From: a virus
Lineage: Duplodnaviria > Caudoviricetes
Length of the DNA: 64,000 nucleotides
Direction: 5' to 3' (one strand)
IMG/VR virus record: IMGVR_UViG_3300028601_000021
Coordinates: 1-64,000 of that record
Below are positions 49,000 through 58,162 of this stretch, one piece after another (within the stretch, counting starts at the first letter, position 1; each line of letters opens with the position of its first letter). Made by a program: the position numbers and the translations under genes. Under the pieces are notes generated by a model. The model made no database searches, was not told where the DNA came from, and saw only the letters and a program-made list of their open reading frames with translations.

Positions 49000-51363
49000 A
49001 TGATGTTTGATGCCAATGCAAATCCCACAGCTGAGAGCATGTTCGATGCCCTGACAGTCGCGACGGAATCTTTCATGCCCCAGAATCAGGGAGCAGCCGT
49101 TCATTGGACGGATAACCTGTCCGCTCAGGACAAGTCCCTTATCGGTAAAACTTTCCGTGAAGTTTGTCGTTTTATCAATGACAATACTCTTTATGGTAAA
49201 GGCACTCCGGTCGCAGATAACCTTTTCACCACTGGTGTGGGCAACGAGTCGCTGAATCCTTCAGTGAATGTCGTGAACAACATCGGTGTGTCCAAGATCG
49301 CCGACCTCTGCAAAGCTTGTGGCGTGCGTGCTCAGGACCAGAAGAATGCAGTCATGGCTATTGGTCAGCTGCTGGTCAAGATGACTGCTGCCAACGAGAA
49401 CATGTCTCTGTATCGCGACAAACATTTCTCCAACGCTGCTGACTCCGTCGCTGGTAAGTCCATGCGTCTGGTCGACCTGCGTGAAATGCTGCCTTCTTCC
49501 CTGCATGGTGAGTTCCTGAACCAGGCAGCTGGTAACGAAGCTTTCGGTGCTGAGATTGACCGTGTCCTGCCCGACATCCGTGTCTCCATGGCAGTGACCC
49601 TGTTGAAGTTCCATCGTGGTATCCTCGATCGCATCATGCATCGTCGTACCTCTCCTTCTACGATCATCAAGTACGTCATTCCTTACGCTGAAGTGTATGA
49701 CCTGATGAAGTCCATGGATCAGTCCGCTGCAGTCCGTAACGGTAAGGTCCATCGTGTACCTTTCATCAACCTGTATGCTGATCCCAAGGTCGTCTCCAAC
49801 ACTCTGCGTCCTATCGTTGTCCTGAAGGCAAATGATACCGCTGATACCGTCCTGCGTGATGGCGTTCTGAAGCCTAACTGCAAGACCAACGTCATGGACC
49901 TCAGCCGCGTAGCTGGTCAGATCGGTAACAACCACACTGACTACACCGACATCATCGCCGATGGCGTTATCCTGGACAAGGTCTATGTACAGCTGTCTAA
50001 GGTCATCGGACCCGACACTGTCGTAGAAGAATTCGAATTGGTTACCCGTTCGTTCTCCAAGGCTCGTTTGCAGATGCAGGCTAATACCCTGGATTCCGCT
50101 GATCGTGCTACGATCTTCAACCAGTTCTTCAAGTTCAATGAAACTAAGAAGACCACCGCTGGCGCTGACAGTGTGATCCTGGCCGGTCTGACTCCTTCCG
50201 ATTGTATCGAGATCGAAGTCAACATCGCTCCTACGATCAACCTGAAGTGGCACGACGTTGCTTCTTCCGCTACTCTGTTTGTTCGTCCTTACAGCGCTAC
50301 TGGTGCAGCTCCTGCTGCTGCCGTTACCACTGCTCTGACTGGCCTGGAAGCTACCATGGTCGGTTTTGCTCTGGATGCCAAGTACAGTGAAGAGAACCTG
50401 CGTAAGTCGAATGTGGCTATCCGTTCGCATTACCGTACGATGGATTGGGAAATCCCTGTCGGTCGTAACTTCATCGTCGACTATGCGATGAACGAGTCTC
50501 TGCCCGAATACATCATGGCTAACGTGACCGAAGCTATCTCTCTTGGTCAGGATCATCGTGCTATCGATATGATCATGAAGACCATGATGGATGTCTATGA
50601 TCGTGGTCGTGAAGAGAATGCCGATCCTAACTTCCGTGAAGATCTGTACAAGCTCGGCTTTGATTATGTTGCTTCTCAGCAGGTTCGTCCTACTGTGTAC
50701 CTGGGCGCTATCGATCTGGAAGAAGTTGACACCATCCGTAGCTCCGACATCCTCGGCGATATCCGCCAGTATGTTGAACTGCAGCTGATCAACATCCTCT
50801 CCCTGCTTCATCAGAATAGCTACTACAAGACTCAGCTGAATGCCGGTGAGAAGCCTGTGTACAAGCTGGTCACCTCGAACATCATCCTGGAAAACCTGTT
50901 GAATGTCCCGCACATCCACAATCATCTCCAGGCTGCTGCTCAGGATGCTTCTGATACGGATACCGTCGAATACCGTCGTGTCCTGCCTTCCGGTGTTGTA
51001 CTGGAATGTGTGACGACTACTTTCGACTACCTGCGTGACAAGATCATCATCATTCCTTTCCGTGCGAATGATCCTGAATCCGTCCTGAATGCTGGTCATA
51101 ACTGGGATTACGGTACTTACCTGGCCCATTACAACCCGCAGATCGCCAATGGTGTCAATAAGCGTGTGTTTGCGAATGCTCGTGAAATGCCGCTGATGAC
51201 TAACCCCATTGGTCTGATCATGGAAGTCCGTAATATCGCTAAGGTCATCGATCTGTTCCAGCTCGTTGATCCTCGTGGTACTTCCGGTCTGGACATCCCG
51301 AACATCACGAGCAAGCTCCCGGATACGTCCGCTCTGGCTGCTCCTGGTAACAAGACCTGGTAA
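49000..51363 (+). CDS. Major capsid protein (phiKZ gp120-like)
   Basis: About 787 aa; AGNE|AFG maturation site near residue 180; NHTDYTD, SEENLRK; strong codon bias; synteny with DnaB; ATG at 49000 after GGAG. Confidence 0.88.
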   Translation: MMFDANANPTAESMFDALTVATESFMPQNQGAAVHWTDNLSAQDKSLIGKTFREVCRFINDNTLYGKGTPVADNLFTTGVGNESLNPSVNVVNNIGVSKIADLCKACGVRAQDQKNAVMAIGQLLVKMTAANENMSLYRDKHFSNAADSVAGKSMRLVDLREMLPSSLHGEFLNQAAGNEAFGAEIDRVLPDIRVSMAVTLLKFHRGILDRIMHRRTSPSTIIKYVIPYAEVYDLMKSMDQSAAVRNGKVHRVPFINLYADPKVVSNTLRPIVVLKANDTADTVLRDGVLKPNCKTNVMDLSRVAGQIGNNHTDYTDIIADGVILDKVYVQLSKVIGPDTVVEEFELVTRSFSKARLQMQANTLDSADRATIFNQFFKFNETKKTTAGADSVILAGLTPSDCIEIEVNIAPTINLKWHDVASSATLFVRPYSATGAAPAAAVTTALTGLEATMVGFALDAKYSEENLRKSNVAIRSHYRTMDWEIPVGRNFIVDYAMNESLPEYIMANVTEAISLGQDHRAIDMIMKTMMDVYDRGREENADPNFREDLYKLGFDYVASQQVRPTVYLGAIDLEEVDTIRSSDILGDIRQYVELQLINILSLLHQNSYYKTQLNAGEKPVYKLVTSNIILENLLNVPHIHNHLQAAAQDASDTDTVEYRRVLPSGVVLECVTTTFDYLRDKIIIIPFRANDPESVLNAGHNWDYGTYLAHYNPQIANGVNKRVFANAREMPLMTNPIGLIMEVRNIAKVIDLFQLVDPRGTSGLDIPNITSKLPDTSALAAPGNKTW

Positions 51364-51377
51364 TATCTGCTTTATAC

Positions 51378-51426
51378 TAGAGGTAGGGTACTTCGGTACC
51401 CTACCTCTATCTCTTTATACAAAAAA
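51378..51426 (+). terminator. Hairpin after major capsid gene (TTCG loop)
   Basis: TAGAGGTAGGGTAC-TTCG-GTACCCTACCTCTA. Confidence 0.75.
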
Positions 51427-51494
51427 TTAAATAGTCGATGTATTAAAGTACCCTGTCTCCACTATGGTGTAGTGGAGACAGGGATGATGAATAC

Positions 51495-51677
51495 TCAATC
51501 GATATTAAGAGGGGTGAGCTCGATACTCATCATCTCTTCCATGGGTGCCGCTAGTATAGCTTCCATCTTCTGATGGAGCACCTGGAGTTCCTCGTCGGTG
51601 CGGTAACACATGAAGTTACTCTTCAGTGCCGCCATACTAGCTTCCATAGGATCTTCGATCCATTCAATATTACTCAT
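51495..51677 (-). CDS. Small protein, tandem paralogue A (60 aa)
   Basis: Shares I.WI.DPM....A.LKSNF.CYRTDEEL with 51907..52074. Confidence 0.7.
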   Translation of the reverse strand: MSNIEWIEDPMEASMAALKSNFMCYRTDEELQVLHQKMEAILAAPMEEMMSIELTPLNID

Positions 51678-51848
51678 AACAATACCCTATTCCTGTCGAA
51701 ACTAGATACCCCTACCATGTCAGTGTGGTAGGGGTATCGTTTCTCTATATGATTAAAAAGATAAACCTTTAACGGAAAGCACAGCTATCCGATTTTAAAA
51801 TAGGTATAGTACCTATAGATTTCATCCTTCTAATCTGACAGAAGGGTA
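51678..51848 (-). ncRNA. Candidate structured leader/ncRNA, copy A
   Basis: Four hairpins with conserved linkers, matching copy B with compensatory stem changes. Confidence 0.5.
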
Positions 51849-51906
51849 ATACGGTATCTATCATTACCTATCTCTACTATTTTGTAGTAGAGATAGGGGT
51901 TTGGTT

Positions 51907-52074
51907 TTAGATCTCTGTATCTTCTGTGTGGTGTGATTTGTACTCTTCGGCGATCTTAGTCACTCGTTCGTACAAGGTAGCTAATTCTTCATCGGTGCGG
52001 TAACACCAGAAGTTGCTTTTTAGCATAGCTTCCATCACGTCCATAGGATCAGTGATCCACTTAATATCAGTCAT
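51907..52074 (-). CDS. Small protein, tandem paralogue B (55 aa; below the ORF-track cutoff)
   Basis: MTDIKWITDPMDVMEAMLKSNFWCYRTDEELATLYERVTKIAEEYKSHHTEDTEI; AGGAGG RBS. Confidence 0.75.
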   Translation of the reverse strand: MTDIKWITDPMDVMEAMLKSNFWCYRTDEELATLYERVTKIAEEYKSHHTEDTEI

Positions 52075-52247
52075 ACTGGTACCCTCCTATTGAAACCAGA
52101 TACCCTACCGAGTTATATTCGGTAGGGTATCGCATTTCGCTACACGATTAGAAAGATAAACCTTTATACGAATAGTACCTACTACTCGATTTATACATAG
52201 GTAATAGTCCCTATAGATTTCATCCTTCCAATTATAACAGAAGGGTA
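52075..52247 (-). ncRNA. Candidate structured leader/ncRNA, copy B
   Basis: Same four hairpins and linkers as copy A. Confidence 0.5.
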
Positions 52248-52295
52248 CAAAAAAGATAGACACCTTACTGTAATAGTAAGGTGTCTATCTATGGA

Positions 52296-52727
52296 TCAGA
52301 TGTTGAAGTGAGAGACCTTGAAAGCCAAGGCCTTGTTGATGACAAGAATGTCACCTTCCACGAGTCCTTCCATCCAGATAGCCGGAAGATAGGAAGGGAA
52401 CAACTCAGGACGGAAGTCGCCTTGGGTCACCTTGGTAGCCACTGCCTTCTGAGGGGCACCGTGGTTCGACCAGTCGGTGTTCCCTGCCACACGGTGTGGC
52501 CTAGAGAACGCACCAACCATCAAATACAGAGAGTGTTCACGGTCTTCAGGGAGACCGAACCATTCTCTGAGCTGCTTCGGGGTACCCGACAGCTCATCAA
52601 ACTTACGAATCTGGTTTACGTTCATGACGACCAGATGCGCGAGCGGCACATCCCTACCATCGAGATCACTTTCAACGATGGTAGAAATATAATTCTCAGC
52701 CACGTCGATATTTCTAATAATGCTCAT
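52296..52727 (-). CDS. Hypothetical early protein (143 aa)
   Basis: AAGGAG RBS; terminator-like hairpin with U-tract at ~52249-52290. Confidence 0.65.
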   Translation of the reverse strand: MSIIRNIDVAENYISTIVESDLDGRDVPLAHLVVMNVNQIRKFDELSGTPKQLREWFGLPEDREHSLYLMVGAFSRPHRVAGNTDWSNHGAPQKAVATKVTQGDFRPELFPSYLPAIWMEGLVEGDILVINKALAFKVSHFNI

Positions 52728-52760
52728 GACAAATCTCCTTATTTGAAAGTTGATGAAATA

Positions 52761-53027
52761 TTAATTAGCCACGATAAGACCATTCTTGAACTGCTTATGG
52801 AACAAGAATGATTCAGTGGCATTACTGAACTTAAAACACTTGATCCGTGGTTCATCATTACCGCAGTATACACATACGGTAACTTCGTCGTCAAAACCAG
52901 CACGATTGGTTCTGATGACTACCTCACCACGATCGGTCGATACCACCCAATGATGGATACGACTGTGCAGCTCAAGAGCTGCTAATGCGCCATCATCAAT
53001 GGCGACTTCCAAAGAAATCCCTAACAT
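52761..53027 (-). CDS. Hypothetical early protein (88 aa)
   Basis: AAGGAG RBS; early-motif variant TATATATAAC at 53070. Confidence 0.65.
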   Translation of the reverse strand: MLGISLEVAIDDGALAALELHSRIHHWVVSTDRGEVVIRTNRAGFDDEVTVCVYCGNDEPRIKCFKFSNATESFLFHKQFKNGLIVAN

Positions 53028-53150
53028 ATGCAGCTCCTTTACATGATTTAATTGGTTTACTTCACTTAAGTTATATATACGTGAAAAAAATTGATCAGCT
53101 ATATAGAGACTACGGTACCAGTAGCATGAGCTACTGGTACTGTAGATATC

Positions 53151-53588
53151 TTATCTGATCTTATAATTTTTAGCTTGCTTAGCTAGATGAGCCAAGGCAG
53201 CTTCCACATCATCATTCATCAGTGTGGAAATATCACCCACTAAGCGTTTGATATCTTCTGCATCTTCTTCGAGATCAATACCTTGCGCAGTACAGAGTTC
53301 CAATTCACCACGATTGGGTACGATACAGAGAACAGGATTGAAATCATCATCCATGATGTTGATACATTCCACATCACCACCTGATGTTTCCACCACAACC
53401 AATCTCTCCACACCCATTTCGGTATTGAGATCATCTACTACTTCGGATACGTGTTTATCAAAAAGATACACTGGCGTATCATCAGCCATATCTTCTACTT
53501 GGTCATAATAATCTTCTTCGTCGATACAGTCATTTATATTTACCGTAGAATCCGCTTTTATGTGATCGTACAGTGTAGTTCTAGGCAT
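53151..53588 (-). CDS. Hypothetical acidic protein (145 aa)
   Basis: GGGAG RBS; very Asp/Glu-rich. Confidence 0.65.
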   Translation of the reverse strand: MPRTTLYDHIKADSTVNINDCIDEEDYYDQVEDMADDTPVYLFDKHVSEVVDDLNTEMGVERLVVVETSGGDVECINIMDDDFNPVLCIVPNRGELELCTAQGIDLEEDAEDIKRLVGDISTLMNDDVEAALAHLAKQAKNYKIR

Positions 53589-53643
53589 AGGTGATGTACT
53601 CCCTTGATATGCTTTATTTTAATGTTATCGAATGGTACAGATA

Positions 53644-54075
53644 TCACTTCCGTGTGTTCTTGAGAAGGATTTTGGCCTCTTCGTGTGTTAGATTTCGAAA
53701 ACCACTGAAATATTCGACAAGGATCTTCTCCAGATAGATCATCGCTTCATTGTGTGACATATTACGACAAGTTACCATGTAACCCAACATGATCTCTTCT
53801 ATTTCTGAAGACTCCAGGGAACTTAATTCATTCCGAAAGTACTTCGCTAGCTGACTCCATCTTTTGACAGAATCAGTACCGAAGAAATGATCGAGTTCAG
53901 TTCGAACTTCTGAAGTAAAGAACTCTTTACCCAATCCTTGTGACATAACCTCGAACAATGGTCGTACCGCATACATTTCCGCTATTTCCCACAATTCCTT
54001 ATACAAATCTGTTTTTGCGTCAGCAATTGCTTGGTGATGGTATCTTACCATTATCTCGATGTCTTTCTTACTCAT
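53644..54075 (-). CDS. Hypothetical protein (143 aa)
   Basis: ATGA-coupled to upstream ORF. Confidence 0.65.
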   Translation of the reverse strand: MSKKDIEIMVRYHHQAIADAKTDLYKELWEIAEMYAVRPLFEVMSQGLGKEFFTSEVRTELDHFFGTDSVKRWSQLAKYFRNELSSLESSEIEEIMLGYMVTCRNMSHNEAMIYLEKILVEYFSGFRNLTHEEAKILLKNTRK

Positions 54076-54431
54076 AGATGTTCCGTTTTCTTATCCAACT
54101 GCTTCTGGATAGTCATATAAGCTGCTTTCCTAGCTGCTCTTTCAGCTGCTTCATGTAATGCCTTCTCAAAGTATTCTTCGAAGATAGCTTCGGCTTTTCT
54201 TTCGATCCTTGCTTTAAATTCAGGCTTGAGCAACATATCATCGATCAGCTCTCTGATAGCCCCATACCCGAAGCCGCACGTAGCATTCTTATATGTCCCA
54301 AAACCCCTGAAGTGATCTGCGATAACACTATCTGCTATCATCTTAGCTCTACGATCACTTTGCGCTTTTGCATAGCTGTGTATATCCCTAGCGATCTCAT
54401 CCGTATCGATAAGGATCTTGATACCGCTCAT
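54072..54431 (-). CDS. Hypothetical protein
   Basis: Start at 54431 after GAGG; helical. Confidence 0.65.
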   Translation of the reverse strand: MSGIKILIDTDEIARDIHSYAKAQSDRRAKMIADSVIADHFRGFGTYKNATCGFGYGAIRELIDDMLLKPEFKARIERKAEAIFEEYFEKALHEAAERAARKAAYMTIQKQLDKKTEHL

Positions 54432-54491
54432 ATAGCACCTCACAAATACCCACCAGCTACAAATCACTGTAGCTGGTGGATAGATAAATGA

Positions 54492-56765
54492 TTACATTTT
54501 GTTGAGCTTAAACGTGATAGCACACATAGGAGCATCCCCGTATGCCATATACTCCACTACGATATCGGATACACTTGTGTGGTTCTGTCCCATAGTGGAA
54601 TCGGATACAGGAAAAGTCTTCTTAATAGTAGCCATCACATCCAACAGAGGATTATCCCAAATAATGGAATTCTTGGGGATATCCATTTTCACCACAGACA
54701 GAGTGTCTACTTCTACACCTAGTACATTGAAATGACCTTTAGATTTCTCCAAAGGTGTCTGTATGAGATAACTGGGTGAGATGAAAATACCAACCTTAAC
54801 TTCTTCCAATCCGGTCCTACGGAAGTTGTGCACGACCTGTAGAATGTTATCTCTTACTTCGTCGTAAGCCAACTGTCTGATATCTTTCGTTTTGTTGTTG
54901 AAAGATTCCATATGTGGAAATGTAAAAGGCACCTGCTGTACCTTTTGTTTAAAAGGAGAATCCATCTTGGTACCATCAGTGGGCCAAGGTGAAAGTAAGT
55001 TCTTCAAGAATTGCTCAGTGAAATCTTCACCGTCATCCTCTTGATCGGATACTTCTTCTTTACCGATGGGATCTTTTACGACTCTCTGTTCCTTGAGCTG
55101 TTCTACACCATCTACCAATACCTTCATCTGCGTATTGATAGAAGAAAGCTGGGTGTAGATATAGGAGAACTTAGAGTCGAATACTTCACCACCTTGAGAA
55201 GGCTGCCTCATATATACCTGCTTGGGTGCTGGTACTTCTTCTACATTTTCCAGGTTGTCTACCTTTTCGACCAATTCCGTCATAGAATCCATGATGGTAT
55301 CGATCTTTTCTGTATGCTTATCGATATACAGAAGTCTGTTATCGAAAGCATTCATTTTGGTATCCACAGCAGACAACTTTTCCCACAACTGACGGAAGTC
55401 CGTACGAAGTCCATTGACTTGATTTGCATTGGCATTCTGGCATGATCTGACTGAAGCCAATGATTCTATCGTACTGGTACTATTACTGTTAACGATATTA
55501 ATGGACTTAGACACACAAGATACATTATTGGAGATTTCATTTATACGCTCATCCATCTTATCCATACGGGACAAGATGGTATTGAGCTTTTCATCGATAC
55601 TATCCAGAGTCACTTTTGGCTTTTCATCAGTGACAACAGATTTGTTTACCTGTACAGTATCACTCACCTTGTAAGTTGGAGAGGGTGCGTCGACTGGTTT
55701 TATTACACTAACAGACATTTCATTATCTCCTTTTTCGATAGTGGATTGGTTTATTGGTTTGACAGCCGATATAGGTTCATACAAACCTATCAATTTCGGA
55801 GAAGCACTATATATTACCTTGTCATTTCTATTCTTGGAGGGGTCATATCCTTCACGAAGCAGATAACCACGATCGCATAACAGACCCAATACATAGTTCT
55901 CGGAACCGTATTTGACCAAGTTAGATGTTCTTATATCCCTCGTAGTTATCGTTTTCGGAAATGTCAGGTAAATAAATTCGATAACTGACTTGACCGCATC
56001 GAATACAGCTGTGGTGCAGCTAGGGAATTCCTTTAGAAGTTGTTCTTTTACACGGAGTTCATCGTTCATCTCGGATTCCTCTACCGTAGTATTATCAGGC
56101 ACTACTGCTCCATGTGATTTATACAACTCCAATAACTTTTCAGTAGCCACATACCTTATTCTTGTATTACCCGCTATGTATTTACCAGAAACAGTAACCC
56201 GTTCCACATAACCAATCTTTATCAATTCAATGATACAATATGTGACTTTATTCATATCTGATTTTTTCAAGTCACACATTTCTTTCTTGGATATAGGTTT
56301 AGGATAGTTCCGGAAAAGAGATTCAGTTACAGAATAATATCTATCTAACACGGTAGATGTGGAAAAAGGAAAGAGTTTCTTTAGATCTTTTACTATAGAA
56401 ATAGTAAATTCACTAGTATTCGTAGCATTCATGATTTCTCCTTTTTGTATAACGGAATTACCGTTATCCTTTTTACCCCTAAGTATTTCATTGAGTTCCA
56501 GTAACTTGGAAGTAGCTGCCAGACACAATACACCTTCATATATTCCTGTTCCAGTAGTGGTGGTTATCCACCCATGACTACGAAGCATGTCTACTAAACG
56601 CGAGAATAATGCTTTAGGTAACTCCATACTGTTACGCATGTCAGTGTATCTAGCAGCTTCCGGATGATCCCATGTAATGAAATTCAATATATTACACGTA
56701 AGCTCTTTTTCAATTTCATTACAGGATTCTAAATCTCTCTCTAATTTTGTTGAGAGTTCATCCAT
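54492..56765 (-). CDS. Multi winged-helix-like + coiled-coil protein (757 aa)
   Basis: Three repeats ending L...G(W/Y)...A(T/S).KL(L/I).L; long central heptads; AGGAG RBS. Confidence 0.65.
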   Translation of the reverse strand: MDELSTKLERDLESCNEIEKELTCNILNFITWDHPEAARYTDMRNSMELPKALFSRLVDMLRSHGWITTTTGTGIYEGVLCLAATSKLLELNEILRGKKDNGNSVIQKGEIMNATNTSEFTISIVKDLKKLFPFSTSTVLDRYYSVTESLFRNYPKPISKKEMCDLKKSDMNKVTYCIIELIKIGYVERVTVSGKYIAGNTRIRYVATEKLLELYKSHGAVVPDNTTVEESEMNDELRVKEQLLKEFPSCTTAVFDAVKSVIEFIYLTFPKTITTRDIRTSNLVKYGSENYVLGLLCDRGYLLREGYDPSKNRNDKVIYSASPKLIGLYEPISAVKPINQSTIEKGDNEMSVSVIKPVDAPSPTYKVSDTVQVNKSVVTDEKPKVTLDSIDEKLNTILSRMDKMDERINEISNNVSCVSKSINIVNSNSTSTIESLASVRSCQNANANQVNGLRTDFRQLWEKLSAVDTKMNAFDNRLLYIDKHTEKIDTIMDSMTELVEKVDNLENVEEVPAPKQVYMRQPSQGGEVFDSKFSYIYTQLSSINTQMKVLVDGVEQLKEQRVVKDPIGKEEVSDQEDDGEDFTEQFLKNLLSPWPTDGTKMDSPFKQKVQQVPFTFPHMESFNNKTKDIRQLAYDEVRDNILQVVHNFRRTGLEEVKVGIFISPSYLIQTPLEKSKGHFNVLGVEVDTLSVVKMDIPKNSIIWDNPLLDVMATIKKTFPVSDSTMGQNHTSVSDIVVEYMAYGDAPMCAITFKLNKM

Positions 56766-56789
56766 CTATTATCTCCTATGTAAATATTA

Positions 56790-56975
56790 CTATTTTACTT
56801 TCTTATTGCGAAAGTAATTAGTGATTATATTGGTCACTATACCTATCATAAAGCCACAGATCAGATATACCCATGGGTATATCTGATCGGGTATATCGAA
56901 AAAAGACACATAACCAAACAAACTAAAAGTAATCAAAATGACAATCGTATTAATCACATGTTTCCATGTGGACAT
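56790..56975 (-). CDS. Small two-TM membrane protein (61 aa)
   Basis: Two hydrophobic stretches, basic C-terminus, AGGAG RBS. Confidence 0.6.
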   Translation of the reverse strand: MSTWKHVINTIVILITFSLFGYVSFFDIPDQIYPWVYLICGFMIGIVTNIITNYFRNKKVK

Positions 56976-56979
56976 AAGT

Positions 56980-57312
56980 TTAACTCTCCTTTAGAATCGG
57001 ATGGTTCAAATTGACAGTGTACCCATAAATGGGTTTCTTCTTACTGGCTACATTCGACATTTCTTTCTTAGAAACGACGTCATATTCCAGTAGTGTATAG
57101 AGGATCTTTTGTACCCGCTGGGTCTCTATACAGCTGTCCTTTACGATGTCACGAATGAGGACATCATTACCTTTACATTGGATAGTTAAGATGATAAGTT
57201 TCATTGCTGTTTTAGTCTTTTCCAATAAACCATGTCTAGTACATTTATCCTTTTCAATGTATTCGACTAATCTATCGTACTTATCCATAAATGCTCTATC
57301 GACCATACCCAT
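56980..57312 (-). CDS. Winged-helix-like DNA-binding protein
   Basis: Start at 57312 after AGGAGG; IRDIV......RVQKILYTLLEYDVV...YGY. Confidence 0.55.
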   Translation of the reverse strand: MGMVDRAFMDKYDRLVEYIEKDKCTRHGLLEKTKTAMKLIILTIQCKGNDVLIRDIVKDSCIETQRVQKILYTLLEYDVVSKKEMSNVASKKKPIYGYTVNLNHPILKES

Positions 57313-57368
57313 GTATCGCCTCCTATATACACCAGTAGCTATAATAGCTACTGGTGTACTATTTATTA

Positions 57369-58040
57369 TTAACGAATAGAAGTAAAAGGTAACTTCCAAT
57401 TACGCTCTACCACATCAATGAAGTCATTAAGATGATCCATTGAGAACCATGCCTTTTCTCTCATATGGTTGAACCATTTAAAAAATCCCTTCGATATATC
57501 GGTACCGTATCGAGTATCTCCAAGAGTATGGATGTTATATCGATGAAACACATACTTATCTGCATGCATCTGCAATAAGAAATGTCTAGATCCATCATCC
57601 ATTTTTCTAAACAATACTCTCTTGGTTCTATCGATGTCTGTTTCGAGCATAAAGTCTTCACCACTCATGACATCAAATAGTGGATGTTCGTATTTAACAA
57701 TTGTGTCATGTATCTTTTTATTTTCCACGAACAATTTATTCCACAGATAATCACTGTCAAAATGGTCGTCACCGTGCTCGATCATATATTGCTTGTGATC
57801 TGTATCGACATAGAACTGAACACCGTTATATTCATCGTAGAACCATGAATTGAAATGTGCTTTCATTGTGGTATAGTTATCTTTAATTTCCCCTAAAGGA
57901 AAAGACCATTTGATATCATCTGTGTGTTTATCATCGCCTTTAGCTATAATAATCGAAATGAAAGGTTTACCAAACTCACCTTTCTCTGTATAAACTAATT
58001 TACTCTGTTTTGTCTTCTTAAATACCACATCGCTACTCAT
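57369..58040 (-). CDS. Hypothetical early protein (223 aa)
   Basis: AGGAG RBS; early motif at 58096. Confidence 0.7.
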   Translation of the reverse strand: MSSDVVFKKTKQSKLVYTEKGEFGKPFISIIIAKGDDKHTDDIKWSFPLGEIKDNYTTMKAHFNSWFYDEYNGVQFYVDTDHKQYMIEHGDDHFDSDYLWNKLFVENKKIHDTIVKYEHPLFDVMSGEDFMLETDIDRTKRVLFRKMDDGSRHFLLQMHADKYVFHRYNIHTLGDTRYGTDISKGFFKWFNHMREKAWFSMDHLNDFIDVVERNWKLPFTSIR

Positions 58041-58095
58041 GACTACTCTCCTTTTATTAGGATCTATATGTTGGTTTAAATACTTTACTACTTAT

Positions 58096-58105
58096 GTAAT
58101 ATATA
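58096..58105 (-). promoter_or_regulatory. Early promoter motif TATATATTAC
   Basis: Heads the minus-strand block 58040 to 53151. Confidence 0.62.
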
Positions 58106-58162
58106 TCTATTTTTAGATCCAACGACGATACTTTACCCCACCTTAAATAGAGGAGTATATGT

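Noticed and set aside
49261-51129. 622-aa ORF antisense to major capsid (likewise 10018..10932, 29672..30568, 31960..32754, 61183..61857)
   Set aside because: Antisense shadows fully overlapping well-supported genes.
51678-52250. tRNA genes in the structured intergenic region
   Set aside because: No cloverleaf with T-loop GTTC and matching acceptor stem found by eye.
56790-56975. Holin call for the two-TM protein
   Set aside because: No adjacent endolysin and it lies in an early-type block.
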